From NCBI RefSeq assembly GCF_009914755.1, contig NC_060927.1: DNA of 64,000 bases. One strand, 5' to 3'. Both the position numbers and the translations under genes were made by a program. The stretch is from the human T2T-CHM13v2.0 reference genome, Homo sapiens. Positions within the stretch are counted from its first letter, which is position 1; each line of letters opens with the position of its first letter. The notes under the pieces were generated by a model. The model ran no database searches and was not told the DNA's origin. It saw only the letters and a list, made by a program, of their open reading frames with translations. This document shows, piece by piece, positions 42,003 through 55,439 of this stretch.

Positions 42003-42423
42003 GTCCAACAGTGATAGACTGGATTAAGAAAATGTGGCACATATACACCGTGGAATACTATGCAGCCATAAAAAATGATGAGTTCATGTCCTTTGTAGGG
42101 ACATGGATGAAATTGGAAATCATCATTCTCAGAAAACTACCTCAAGGACAAAAAACGAAACACCGCATGTTCTCACTCATAGGTGGGAATTGAGCAGTGA
42201 GAACACATGGACACAGGAAGGGGAACATCACACTCTGGGGACTGTTGTGGGTGGGGGGAGGGGGGAGGGATAGCATTAGGAGATATACCTAATGCTAAAT
42301 GACGAGTTAATGGGTGCAGCACACCAGCATGGCACATGTATACATATGTAACTAACCTGCACCTTGTGCACATGTACCCTAAAACTTAAAGTATAATAAT
42401 AATAAAATAAAAAAAAGAAAAAA
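42003..42423 (+). mobile_element. 5'-truncated L1PA2-4-like 3' end (about 420 bp)
   Basis: ORF2 end DWIKKMWHIYTVEYYAAIKNDEFMSFVGTWMKLE...HRMFSLIGGN*, G-rich 3'UTR, ccctaaaacttaaagtataat and an A tail. Confidence 0.95.
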
Positions 42424-45021
42424 GGTACAGTGAAAAGTTGACAGTGTGAAGAATATATATTCTTTCAGGAGGATTTATAAGTGAGGAAGTATCCAAAGGG
42501 ATGAGCCAGGAGAATCTTCATGTAAGTGGGAAAAATGTCAGGTTAATCACAAAACAGATGTCAGTATAGTAAGGAAGGCTACAGATGGTGATGTAGAGCA
42601 GAACCATGTAAAATTTTATGAGTACCCGTTCCATCTTCATCCCACTGAGCATATGTGCCTGTTTGATACCAAATTACAGCATGGATACGGGGATATGGGG
42701 ATCATTGTAGTCCTATCATATTTTTAATGATTCTGTAATTAACAAAAGTTCAAAAGTGTTTAAAGTTCTTTTTCCTTCTTACTTGGTAAGGAGAGAACAT
42801 ACTTTTCTCTCCACAATATACACCGTTATGTATTCTGAACCTCTAAAAGTTTATAAAAGAAAAAAAATGTCATGGCAGTAACTTTTGGTGATGTGAGAGT
42901 TTCATCAGTAAATGGAATTAAATGAGAGATGGGTTATTGCAAATGTGAACACCAGCTTCATAGTTTGAGTACCACATTTTGTTTGCAAATAAATATCTCA
43001 AGTGCTTTCCAAAGGAATGAAAATGGAAAGACAAGTAAAAGACTAGAATTACGTAAGATCCAGATGAAGAGGATAGGATTCCTATGTCATTCATGAATTC
43101 ATTTAACTACAGTTTTTCTATATCATGGGACTGTACAAAAGGCCTAGTGCAGACAAAGTCTGCAGGCATGTTTTTAAGCAAGCATTCATTGAAACATGGG
43201 CATCATTAACTTATGGCCTAAATATCAGAGGATAGTTCAAGAGGCAAGCATCAGGGTATTGAAGATGAAGATCCATGTTGACATTTCCCAAGAATCTACT
43301 ATTCCAGAATCCTTGGGAAAATTACATTAACTTTAAACATACAAAATTACAAACAGTAGACACATTTTGTTTTAAAAAATCTTTATATTAATTAAATGGC
43401 TAGAGTAAACATTTGTACTACTACCCATGTTCTTCACCCTCCCCTCCAAAAAAAAAAACAAAACAAAACCACAGCAGTTCTAAGACTTCTTTCATGCTAT
43501 ACTCAAGTCACTAAGGAAAGCCAAAGGACAAGTCTCAGAGAAAGACTGTCTTTGCTAAAGACATCTTGCTTCTAGTCTTTAAATTTCTACCAGCGTGGTG
43601 ACATGGTACATACTGACTTTAAATGTTCCCAGCATGTTCGAATCTTACGGTGAGACTTAGATAATTCCGTGAGCTCCAGATGATTTGGCTCACATTTATT
43701 TCTTTTAAGTCATGAAGTTTAGGCTAAAATACTATTAGATTATGGTGAGGTAGTGAAAACATTGGGAGGAACTATGAATCTTCCCAAGGCCTTTTGAATT
43801 TTCAGCATATTATAATTTCTAGGATCAATGGAGTTTTCTAGCAGAATCTACTATATCTATAAATTAAGATAAATCTATAAGATATTAATGATTATCCCAA
43901 CAATAATAATAGAGAATTTTAAAACACATATATATTCATGTGCATACATATATGCACATTTGAAACTAAAAGAAATCAATCTTTAACAGCAAACTTACTA
44001 CCCCCCATGTTGCTTTTAAAATGGCTTTGTGTTTGACTTGGAGTGTTCTGATGGCCAGGGAAATAAGGGAAATATGCTGAAAAGTTACTTTCAGAAGAAA
44101 GAATAATAATTCCTCAGAGGAGTTTTAGTCTGGTTCTCTCATAGCCCTGATTCTCAGAATTTAGTTATAACCAACAACCTGTCCTCATAAGACAGAGTCA
44201 TTATTGATATCAAGTCTTCATGAGGCAGGTCTAAAGGGACTTTGGAAGCAATGGGCCTAGGAGTTTTAAAGGAAGCTGAGAAATAAGCAGCTATTTAAAT
44301 TTTCTACAATTTTGTCTGGAAATCTCATTAGGAAAATATATATTTTTTCTCTATGTTGGAATAGTATATGGTCTATGTAAATTAAACATTCTGCAGTTAG
44401 AGTTTTGCCACTGGATGATGTTCTTGCATTTTTAGTAAGGCAAAATAAAGTTTGAATTATATTTTACTGTTCCTATTCTGTCCAGAAAGTGATAAACAAT
44501 GGGATTACAACAGTAAATTTTGAAAATACGCTTCTTTTTAAAACAAGCATTGGAAGAACTAGGCGGCACTATGTGAAGTCCAAGAGACTGGACCATCGTT
44601 ATTTAATTCTAGTGTGTAAGGCTTGTGGTTGGGATGATATTTTGATCTAGTGACCATGTGAGTTTTTGTTATTGTTGTCCTCAGTAATGCTTTTATTTGT
44701 GGCCCTGTGGTGCTTAACATGCGAAATAGGCTATGAGGCATTTGTTTCCCTAAAGAAATGTTTCAGCACAGATAATTTAAAATCCATGCTCTTAAATTTT
44801 TAATTGCAAAAGCCAAGATCCATAAAAAGGAGGGCAAAAGACAGAAGAAACAAGTCAGAGGGCTCCTTTTCCTCCTCTCCTCCTCACTCTAAGGGACTGC
44901 ACTGGGTTGCACAGTGGGACAAGAAGGAGGTATGGAGGGGAATACAGTGTTAGATACCTGGATGCCTCTGAGTGGGAGCTATGATGTGCCTACCCTCTTG
45001 AGTAAAGCCCCCTTGGAGAAG

Positions 45022-45068
<47 letters not shown>
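45022..45068 (+). repeat. (GT)n microsatellite, about 23 units with one interruption
   Basis: Seen directly. Confidence 0.95.
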
Positions 45069-45071
<3 letters not shown>

Positions 45072-45214
45072 AAACTCTAATGTATCTAGCTTTTTCTTCA
45101 TCAATACGAATGGGTAACTAAATGCCACCACTATATTAGAATAATGTAGCATGAAAGAGAAAGAAAAGCAACATGATCAACATGAAAGAATGTGGGGAGA
45201 AAAGAATGGAGGGA

Positions 45215-45572
45215 GAGAGCTAGTTTAAGGAATTGACATACATGATTGTGGAGGCTGGAAAATTCAAAATCTATAAGATAGGCCAGCAGGCTGGAGACTC
45301 AGGGAAGGGTTGTTGTGATAGCTGGAGTCCAAAGACAATTTGGAGGCAGAATTCCCTTTTCCTTGGGGTATGTCAGTCTTTTTTTTTTCCTCTAGGGCTT
45401 CAACTGATTGGAGATCCTCCACATTATGGAGGATAATTTGCTTACTCAAAGTCCACTGATTTAAATGTTAATGTCATCTAAAAATATCTTCACAATAACA
45501 TCAAGACTAGTATTTGACCAAATATCTGGGTACCTTGCCTAGCTAAGTTGACACATAAAATTAACCATCACA
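45215..45572 (-). mobile_element. MLT2 (ERVL) LTR fragment
   Basis: ggaattgacatacatgattgtggaggctgg...tttgcttactcaaagtccactgatttaaatgttaat...aagttgacacataaaattaaccatcaca. Confidence 0.85.
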
Positions 45573-45599
45573 AACATTAAACATTTCTGCTGAAAACAT

Positions 45600-46080
45600 T
45601 TAGAGAATGTAGTTTAAAAAATCAACTAGAATGTAAACAAAAGAGAAACAAGGACTGGATATATAAAATTAAATGGAGACTACAAATCTCAGATTTCAAG
45701 AGATCACAAGATAGCGCAGTTAGTAAAAAACAAAAGAAGACTGGTATCAAAAAAAATGCTGAAATTTCAGAATACTAAAATAAAGATTCTAAAAGTTTTT
45801 AGAGAACAAAAAACTTACTTCTAAAGGAATATGAATGCTATTGGCATCAGAAGTCATCATCAACAATCACTGGATGATAGACGACCATATGTAATCCCTT
45901 GAAAACTGGAGGGAAAAAGTGATAGTCCACCTCAAATTCTGTACCCATGCCAACTATCATTCAAATAAGTCAGGAAGAAGGGATTTTCAGACATGTGGTA
46001 ACTTAAAGTTTATCTTCCACATATTGTTATTTAAAAATTTACTCCAGCAAATCAAGACATTAAAACAGTATCAAAGGAAA
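45600..46080 (+). mobile_element. HAL1 or ancient L1 ORF1-like remnant
   Basis: ttggcatcaga...caacaatcactggatgatagacgac...cctcaaattctgtacccatgccaactatcattcaa...attttcagacatg resembles the ORF1 C-terminal region of HAL1/L1ME. Confidence 0.6.
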
Positions 46081-47444
46081 AGATCACCCTTTACATATAT
46101 CTTAAACAAATAAGTCAAATGTATCACTTGCTTAGCAAGTAAGAACAGAAGATGTAGCCTACAGACTTTGAACAAAGCAAAGAGCAAACTTTACATACCT
46201 CTGAGGAAAGTGAAATTTATGCACTGGCTCACTTTCAGAAGTATCCTGGAGTGAAGCATCTGATGATTAGCCTGCCATGAGCAGCCTGAGTAGTTACATC
46301 AATCTCTCATTATTGCCAATAATAGGTTTAAAACGTGTTCTGAGATTTCTACTTTATTACTTGGGTTTGGGGCAAAATAACAGTCATTATTTTTTTTTCT
46401 TGATCTTGGAGAAGAGAAAATTTTATTCTCAAAATAAAGAGAATCATATGGGGCCCAGGAAGGATGGATCCAAGCAAAAGCAAAGAGAAGTTGCAGCTGG
46501 CAGTGGCTTAATACATCCACAGCATGACTTAGCCCTGTTGAACCAGGAGGTTGGAATTCTATGGGACAGAGATATTTAGTGCAAAAAAGGGATTCATTAA
46601 AGTTTATTTTCCATGAAAATTTATCTCAATCATTATAATTGTAATGATTGAGAGTAGAGAGGAAGGAAATGCAATACATATATTTGAGAGTTGGGGGTGG
46701 GGAATTCAATGTAATGTAGTATCAGTTTTTGTTTGTTTGTTTGGGTTTTTTGTTTTGTTTTGTTTTGTCTTATTTATTCCAGGATCAGTTATATTTCCAC
46801 ACCAGATAATTAAGGAAATTTGGCAAAGATACAATTGAATAGTAAGTAAGTGAATGCAACACCGCAGTAAAACATTTAGTTTTGGCAAAGTGTTCATTGT
46901 TTTATACTTATTATAAAAGTTGAATAAAAACTATTGATGCAATCTATTTTTCAATATTATTTTTAATGGTAACACTTCAATCTACTTTTGTACCCTGTAT
47001 TAATCAACATGCAAGGTACAATATTCAAGCAACTAGTGATTTCTATTTTGTTTTGTTTTGCGGCATTGCAGAATAATAATTAGGACTCACTAAATACTTA
47101 AAATCTAATTATAAAAAAAAGGTTAACTAAGCTTGTGTTAGGCAAACATACTTTGTTCATGTATCTTTGGAGAATTTATATTGTTTCTATTGTTCATTTA
47201 ATATACACCTAATTTTTTCAAAAGTTATGAGACTTTTCTGCACCTAAAGTTAGTGCTTTTCCCATTTCTACTGTTGGGAGTCACGGAGGAGATCATAGTA
47301 TGTTACTTACACCTTTAATTTTTACATAGATTAAATCCATAAATTCCTGAAGATATATTCCATTTCATTTTACTTTTATTTATTGACTTCTTGGATGGAA
47401 ATTTATTCTTTTTCATGTGTAAAAGAAACATTGTGACTTTAAAA

Positions 47445-47633
47445 TATAGTATCACAGTTGAAAGCACAAACTCTGGAAACCAACTGACAGTGTTTGAGTT
47501 TAATGACCACCAGTTATACGTCACTGTATGACCTTGAGTGTGTTACTTAACCCCTTTCTGCCTCTCTTGCCTCATCTGTAAAGTGACCGTAGTAATAGTA
47601 TTTATCTTATAGAGCTGTTGTGAGGATCGCACA
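47445..47633 (+). mobile_element. MIR SINE; its 3' remainder is probably at about 51115-51190
   Basis: ctgtatgaccttgagtgtgttacttaacccctttctgcctc...cctcatctgtaaagtg...atagagctgttgtgaggat. Confidence 0.8.
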
Positions 47634-47863
47634 ATGTTTATTACCTATTGTTCTGTTACAAAACTTAATGGCTTAAAACAATTGTATTGGGCTGATCTTG
47701 GACTACTGTAAAACATAACTGAGACTGGGTAATTTACAAGAAAAGAAGTTTAATTGGCTTAGGGTTCTGCAGCATCTACTTCTGTGGAGGTATTCCAATC
47801 ATGACGGAAAGTAAAGGGAGCAGGTATATCACATAGCAAGAACAGGAGCAAGATAGAGAGTGA

Positions 47864-48182
<319 letters not shown>

Positions 48183-49704
48183 TACACACTTTTAAATGAC
48201 AAGATCTTGTGATAACTCACTCACTATCACGAGGACGGCACCAAGAGAATGGTGCTAAACTATTCATGAGAAATCCACCCACCTAATCCAGTCACCTCCC
48301 ACCAGGCTCTATCTCCAACACTGGGGATTACAATTCAACATGAGATTTGGTGGGGACATACACTGAAACTATATCATTCAGCCCCTGGCCTCCCAAGTCT
48401 CATGTCCTTCTCACATTGCAAAACATAATTATGCTTTCCCAATAGTCTCCCAAAGACTTAACTCATTCTAGCATTAACTCAAAAGTCCCAAGTCTAAAGT
48501 GTTGTCTAGAGATAAATTCCTTCCACCTAGAGGCCTGTAAAATCAAAACAAATTATTTACTTCTAGGATACAATAAGAGTATAGGCATTGGGGAAACATT
48601 CCCATTCCAAGACACAGAAATCAGCCAAAAGAAAGGGGCTGCAGGCCCTATGCAAGTTCAAAACCCAGCAGGGAAGTCATTAAATCATAAAGCTCCAAAA
48701 TAATCTTTGACTCCATGTTCCACATTCAGGGCACGCTGGTATAAGGGGTGGCCTCCTAAGACCTTAGGCAGCTCCACCCCTGTGGCTTTGCAGGTTTCAG
48801 CCCCCGTGGCTGCCCTCACAGGTTGTTGAGTGCCTGAAGCTTTTCTAGGTGCGAAGCTTAAGCTGCTGGTAGATTTACCATTCTGGGGTCAGGAGTATGG
48901 TGGCCCCCTTCTCACAGTTCCACTAGGAAGTGCCCCAGTGGGGACTTGATGTGGGGTCTCCAACCTCACATTTCCTCATAACACTGCCCTAGTAGAGGTT
49001 CTCTGTGAGGGCTTGGCCCTTGCAACTGGCTTCTGTCTTGGCACCCAAGTTTTCCCATACAACCTTTGAAATCTAGGTAGAGGCTGTCAAGCCTCTTTCA
49101 CTCTTGCTTTCTGTGTGCCTGCAGGCTTAAAACCACATGGAAGCCACCAAAGCTAATGGCTTGCACCCTCTGGATCCTTGCATCCTGAGCTGTACTTGTG
49201 CCCCTTTGAGCCAAGGCTGGAGCTGGAGCAGTGGAATTTGAGGAGCAGTGTCCTGAGGCTGTGTATGGCAGGGGGTCCTGGGCCTGGCCCATGAAACTAT
49301 TCTTTCCTCCTAGTCCTCTGGGCCTATGGTGGGAGGGGCTGCTGCAAATGTCTGTGAAGTGTCTTCATTTCAGAAATGCCTTTGCCTTTCAAAAGGCCTC
49401 TGAAAGCCCTTTTCCCATTGTCTTGGCAATCAGCACTTGGATCCTTTTTAGTTATACAAGTATCTCTATCAAGAGGTTGGTCCACAGTGTGCTTGAATTT
49501 AGCTCCCAAAAAAGCTTTTTTCTTTCTTTGCCACATGGCTAGGTTGTAAATTTTCCAAACCTTTACACTCTGCTTTCTGTTATATAAATTCCAACTCTAA
49601 GTCATTTATTTGCTCCCACATCTGAGCATAGGATATTTGAATCAGCCAGGTCACATCTTGAATGCTTTACTACTTATAAATTTTTTTCACCTGATATTCT
49701 AAAT

Positions 49705-49924
49705 CAGGGGTGTTCAATCTTTTGGCTTCCCTGGGCCACATTGGAAGAAGAATTGTCTTGGGCCACACATAAAATACACTAACGCTAACAATAGCTGATG
49801 AGCTAAAGGAAATGGAAAAAAAAATCTCATCATGTTTTAAGAAAATTTACAAATTTGTGTTGGGCTGCATTCAAAACCTTCATGGGCCACATGTGGCCTG
49901 TAGGCTATAGGTTCAACAAACTTG
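49705..49924. mobile_element. MER30 (hAT-Charlie non-autonomous DNA transposon)
   Basis: caggggtgttcaatcttttggcttccctgggccacattggaagaagaattgtcttggg...caaacttg; hAT-type 8-bp TSD ttctaaat/ctctaaat. Confidence 0.9.
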
Positions 49925-51229
49925 CTCTAAATCATCACCGTTTAGTTCAAACTTCTGCAGATCACTGTGGCATGAACAGAATGCAGCCAAGCTCTTTACT
50001 AAGGCCTAACATGTGTGCCTTTTGCTCCAGTTTCCAATAAGCTTTTTATTCCATCTGAGACCTCAGAAATCTGGCCTTCAGGGTCCATATTACTATCAGA
50101 ATTTTGGCCACAACCATTTAATCAGTCTCTAAGTAATTCCAAACTTCCTCTCATCTTTCTCATCTTCTGAGCCCTCCAAAATGTTCCAACCTCTGCCCAT
50201 TACTCAGTTCCAAAGCTGCTTCCACATTTTCAGATATCTTTATAGCAATGCCTCACTATTCAGTATCAATTTTCTGTATTAGGCTATTCTTGCACTGCTA
50301 TAAAGCAATACCTGAGATTGGGTACTTTATAAGAAAAGGAGTTTAATTGGCTCATGGTTCTGCAGGCTGTATAAGAAGCACAGTGGCATCTGCTTCTGGG
50401 GAGCCCTCAGGAAGCTTCCAATCATGGCAGAAGGCAAACGGGGAAGAGGCACATCATATGGTGAGAAGATGAACAGGAGAGAGAGTGGGGGTGATGTGCC
50501 ATACACTTTTAAATGACCAGGTCTCATGAGAACTCACTCACTATCTCAAGGACACCACCAAGAGGATGGTGCTAAGCCATTCATGAAAAATTCATCCCAT
50601 GATCCAATCACCTCCCACCAGGCCCCACCTCCAATATTGGGAATTACAATTCAGCATGAGATTTGACAGGGACATACATCCAAACAGTAAGAACAATGAT
50701 GAACATTTATTATCTCTCACGTTTCTGTTGGTCAAGAACATGAAAGATGTTTAGCTTGAAGTTCTGACTCTTTAAGGTCTCTGATGGTGTAGCAATCAAG
50801 AATTTGGAGCTGTACTGGCTTACTTATTGGCTGGCAAATTGGTGCTGGGTATTGACATGAGACATCAGTTCCTCTTTTTGTGGATCTCTGCGAAAGATAC
50901 CTAAGTGTCCTTACAACTTAGTGGCAGCCTTCCCACAGAGCAGATGATCTGAGAGAGGAAGAAACTATCCTCTTTATGACCTAGTCTCAGAATCACATAG
51001 CATCACTCCTACCCCATTCTACTCAATAGAATGAATCATTCAGTCTGCCCACATTTGAGGAAAAGTGAATGCAAGGGGAAGACTGTCAATGAATTCATGA
51101 CATTTAAAACTATTGGAACTATTACATATATAAAGCGTATACATCAATCATTAACACAAAATAAGTAATACATACTGTTTGGTATTGTATCTTTAAAAAA
51201 CTATAAACATATTGTCCCAGTGCTTGGTC

Positions 51230-51690
51230 GTTGGTGTGTAGTCATGTGTTTCACTTTCATATATTTATTTTTTATTCACCATTTTGAAAAACTGTATAAT
51301 TAATTATATTAATTTATTAATAGACTCTTTGAGGCTTTCTATGAATACAGCCACAATCTCTGCAAATAAAGAATTTTTTTTATTATTGAAGCTTCATGCA
51401 TTTTATCTTTGTCTGATTTTACTGTAGGGGTAAGGATCTCCAGTATAATATTGAAAGAAGTGGTGACAATAGATATTCTTGGTTTATCCTAGAATTAGGA
51501 CATACTCTCAAATTTTCACTTGTGGTATTGACAGAAAGCATTTTGCAGATGTTCTGTGTTAGTCAAGAATGTTTTCTTCTGTACCTTGTTTGCTAAGTTT
51601 TTATCAAGAATAATTACTGAATTTTGTTTTCTTTCCTGAGGCTGCTGAGATACATATGATTTTCTTCTCTTAGAATGTAATCATGATAAA
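51230..51690 (-). mobile_element. Old L1M ORF2 fragment (antisense)
   Basis: atctctgcaaataaaga...ggatctccagtataatattgaaagaagtggtgacaatagatattcttggttt is the reverse-complement RT region. Confidence 0.65.
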
Positions 51691-52819
51691 TCACAACTTC
51701 ACCTTTCCTCTTTTTCATTAGATGTTCCCAGAGCTAAGGACAGTCCTATCCTGAGGTTTCTGAGTGATTTAGACCAGGATTCACAGCCATGTCAACTCTG
51801 AAAGCAAACCTTTGGTCATTAACATTTTATAGTTTTGCCTCTGTTGTAGGTGTCAAGTCTTGATAAATCAGGATTTGCATTTATTGTAAGTATTTTTTCT
51901 AGAGTTAATTTTTTATACTATGTATTTGTTAAAAATATTCTCTGAGTTTTAGCAGAAAGAGCTTTTAATAATATACCTTATATAGTACACTTTTTATGCA
52001 ATGAAATAGCTAAATTGAGTCTTTCTGTAGGCACCACTAAAAAAGAGTAAGTACAGAAGAATTACATTTTCATTTTTAACTTATTTGAAATAATATGAAA
52101 CACAAAAATGCACATACACACACATACAAACACATTGCACATACTCAAAAAAGCCGCTGAATTTGGTTATATAAATAGATTGAACCTAAATTGATTTCAC
52201 AGTTGATTTATTTCACAATTATTAGTTATTTTGCCTTTAGTTGAAAGGTGTACCCATGGAGGAAAATAAGCCCTACTTTCCCTCTAAGCTCCTATGAACA
52301 AAACAAAACATCACAGAGCTGGAGCCAGGCAGTACATTAGCCTGCATTCAGTAAAGCAGAAACAAAGCAGTATTTTACATTTCCTCTTAGAATAATAATT
52401 AAAAAAGAAACTAGCCTTTCTCTTTTTCCTTGGAATTGAGCCCTGCTGACCTTAAATATTTTACCTTTTCCCCTATTTAGCAGTCCAGTAGGTAAGAATT
52501 ACTCGTGGCTAGCCAGCTGGAAAAGACAGCCTCCCAGCTCCACCTCTGAAATTTACTTTCCTTCTCTTTTTGACCATGTCTGAAGTGGCTCCTTCTCAGT
52601 CCAGCAGTCAGTATTCTTTGAACATCAGGACTGCTGTCACAAGCAGTTGCAGGTGTCAAATCCCAATAAATGTCAAAGAAATTGATTTCACTCATTTTGC
52701 ATCTTGGGTTTCTCCTAGAAGAGTGAGGGTTGGTTTAAAAAAGAGGGTGTATGGGAAAAGCTGGCAAAGTCTTTGTACATATTGGCAAAGCATAAAGAAA
52801 GGCAAAGTTGGCAAGAGAC

Positions 52820-53025
52820 AGAATAATAATTACTACCATACTCAGAGTGCCTAGTATATGCCAGGCATTTATAAACACAATTTCATTTACTCTTTTACCA
52901 ATCCAGGGAGCAAGCATTGTTACCTCCAGTTTACAGATGAGAAGCTGATGTTCAGAGTTTCACTCTAGTTAGTGGTTGAGCTGGGATATGAATCCAGTTC
53001 TTTTCAATTCCAAAGTCCACACTGA
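52820..53025 (-). mobile_element. MIR SINE
   Basis: gagtgcctagtatatgccaggca...ccagtttacagatgagaagctga...gagctgggatatgaatccag. Confidence 0.75.
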
Positions 53026-54419
53026 CCCTTGCTTTAGTCATCCTAGACAATAAATTTTCATTTACACTTCTGATTGCTTAAATACATTACCAATGGTACA
53101 TATTTAAAAGCACAAGCAAATTTTAACAGTCAAATATAACAACAAATGAACTGGAATAATCAGTCATGTGTGCTTTGAGTAATACTGCATTCAAGAGCAT
53201 GCTAACATGATGCCCTTCTATTTGGGGCACTGTAGCAAGACAGCGTCTTGTCAAGTCCTCCAAATTCATAGGTTGTGAATTTTAATAAACATTCCTTTTA
53301 GGCAAAGAAGCAGCACAAAAATATTTTAATGGGTCATGAAAAACAACATTCTGGTGTAAAAGAACTTTCAGATTGTGTATAATAAGTTTAATTGGTTGTC
53401 ACTTGTTTATGATCATGAACAAATTACCAACCAATAATAGGTGCACCAGTTCCAACAACTTTATTATCTTCAGATGATACCACCTGTCTTAAAACTACTG
53501 GAGAAATAACTGACCTTACAATAGATACTTGGACAACTGTTTGTTACATTTCCAAATTTGTGGCTTTGAAAAAAAATTATTCTGCTGTTATTTCTGCAAG
53601 CAATTCTTTTTTTCTGTGAATAGCTATGAATACAGCCCTTCTGGATTTCAGGGAATTATACCTTTTACAAAAGCAGGATACCTAGATGAAATGCGACAGC
53701 CTAACTTTATAGACCTCAAACTTCGTTCTAGGGAAGTTTTGAGAAGGGAGGAGAAACTGGTTGTATCCAGAAGGATTCTTCCATAGCAGTGCGTAGATAA
53801 AGATAAACACAATATTCCTACCTTTGTCAGGAAGTAAAAATTGTGAGTTATACTAACTTTCAATTTGGAATAAGTATATAAATAGCCAATTAAATACAAA
53901 GACTATGATCTTATTTCCTATAGTTTCTTGATTCTATTTCATGCATTCATTTATTGATGTACTCTTTACTTAATAAACATTATCAACAAATGTCAATTTC
54001 CCAGGATAGAGTGAAAGGATTTTTTTCTCTTTTGTGATGCTTATACTCAGAGAAGAGATGTGTATCATATGTAGATTGCTTAGGAAGAATAAAGTATCAT
54101 CCTGCAAGGGTACTATCTAAGTTTTCTGCCTCTTCTCTTTATAAGAATCTATCCTCTCCATGTTTTGTGGATTCATCAATTGCCACATAATAAATACTGA
54201 GAAAGCATTCATAAAATTAAACTATAGATAAAGCAAAAAGTGAAAGTATTTTGTGATTTTTTTTACCCAATTCTGACAGGCTTTTTCCATGCTTATGAAA
54301 CATACATGTATTCATAAAGATTTTATAAAAATGGCATCATGTTATATACTTTCATGCTTTGTTTCTCTTACCATATCATGATCCTCTTTCTTTATCAATG
54401 CATTTAAATCCCCCTCTTA

Positions 54420-54586
54420 AAATATTTATTTATGTAGCTTACTTATTATTTAGTTTAATATGCTATTTATTTAATTTAATTAATCTAATATTTTAATTAA
54501 AAATTTAAATCAATTTTTTAATTTAAAAAGTTATATCAATTTTCTTAATTTAAAAAATTATTTCAAATTTTTTAAGAAATTAAGAA
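54420..54586. repeat. AT-rich low-complexity tract
   Basis: Almost pure A/T with recurring tcaattttt.taatttaaaaa units. Confidence 0.8.
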
Positions 54587-55430
54587 AATCATTTTAATTT
54601 TTTAGTGTTTGGTACCAAGGCTGTGATTTTTTTTCTGTGTTTTTTTCTTGTGTATCTTCAGGGTAAAGATACGCCTCTTGCTTTTAGTGTTATAAGCAAT
54701 GCCAAGACACATAGCAGTATCACCAGACAACTCCGTGTTGACCTATAAGTCTGTTTCTTATCAACATCACATTTCATGGTCAAGTTTAAAGTGGCTCATG
54801 AATGTTGCAGTACTCATACCTAGAAAGAATGGTTGTCAGAAAGCCTTTGGAAACTTCCAGCTTTTTACTACTGATAGTGATCCTCTGATCATTAGGTAGT
54901 CTGCAGCTCTTCTTAAATAAGGAGGAAGTAACAGTAGCCATCTCATGCTCAAAGTCCACAACAATCTAACACAGCTTCTTTTTGTTATGTTCATTTTCCT
55001 TCTCAGCTGTGGCAGTGAAGCTATAGCCGCATTCTGCTTAAGGAAGTCTGTAACAACCTTCCAAGTCCAGACGTGTGGTAGGGCATAAGCCCCATAAATC
55101 CATACTGTCGGTGATACGGTTACCAGAGTCCATCACAATAGAGTGGTGTGACAAAAGGTATTCAGTAACAGGGCTGCCTGTATAGCAACAAAGTTCTCAA
55201 ACATAACCTGAAGCATCTCTATTGTATTGGCCATGGAGTTTAGGGGGACCTCAGTAACGTGCATAGTAGAAGGTAGATGCCAGGTTTTCTCTATGCCACC
55301 CTAGTTGATAATGATGTCACCAGTGAGGGTACTTCAGGGAAAGGATATACATCTTGCTTTTAGTGTTATTACCCATGATGCTTCCCATTGGCCCATAGTA
55401 TCTTTGACATCAACAAAAGAGGAAAACATG
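54587..55430 (-). pseudogene. Decayed processed pseudogene of cytoplasmic actin (ACTB/ACTG1-type), about codons 30-330
   Basis: Manual minus-strand translation across frameshifts, in actin order: MGQWEAS (MGQKDSY), SKMYILSLKYP (SKRGILTLKYP), TEVPLNSMAN (TEAPLNPKAN), QVMFENF, VAIQA, IVMDSG, YALPH, GYSFTATAEKE, DFEHEMAT, QPFFLGM, MKCDVD, NTELSGDTAMCLGIA, ITALVPNT (ITALAPST). It has stops, frameshifts and short deletions, and no introns at codons 121 or 267. Confidence 0.9.
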
Positions 55431-55439
55431 TTTCCTTTA

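Noticed and set aside
46277-46579. 100-aa plus ORF
   Set aside because: No recognisable domain or splice context; it adjoins the HAL1-like remnant, and this length is expected by chance in 64 kb.
54625-54747. Strong-looking plus-strand acceptor (pyrimidine tract, cttcag|) followed by GKDTPLAFSV...
   Set aside because: It is the reverse complement of the actin pseudogene and its internal duplication, and the frame stops after 28 codons.
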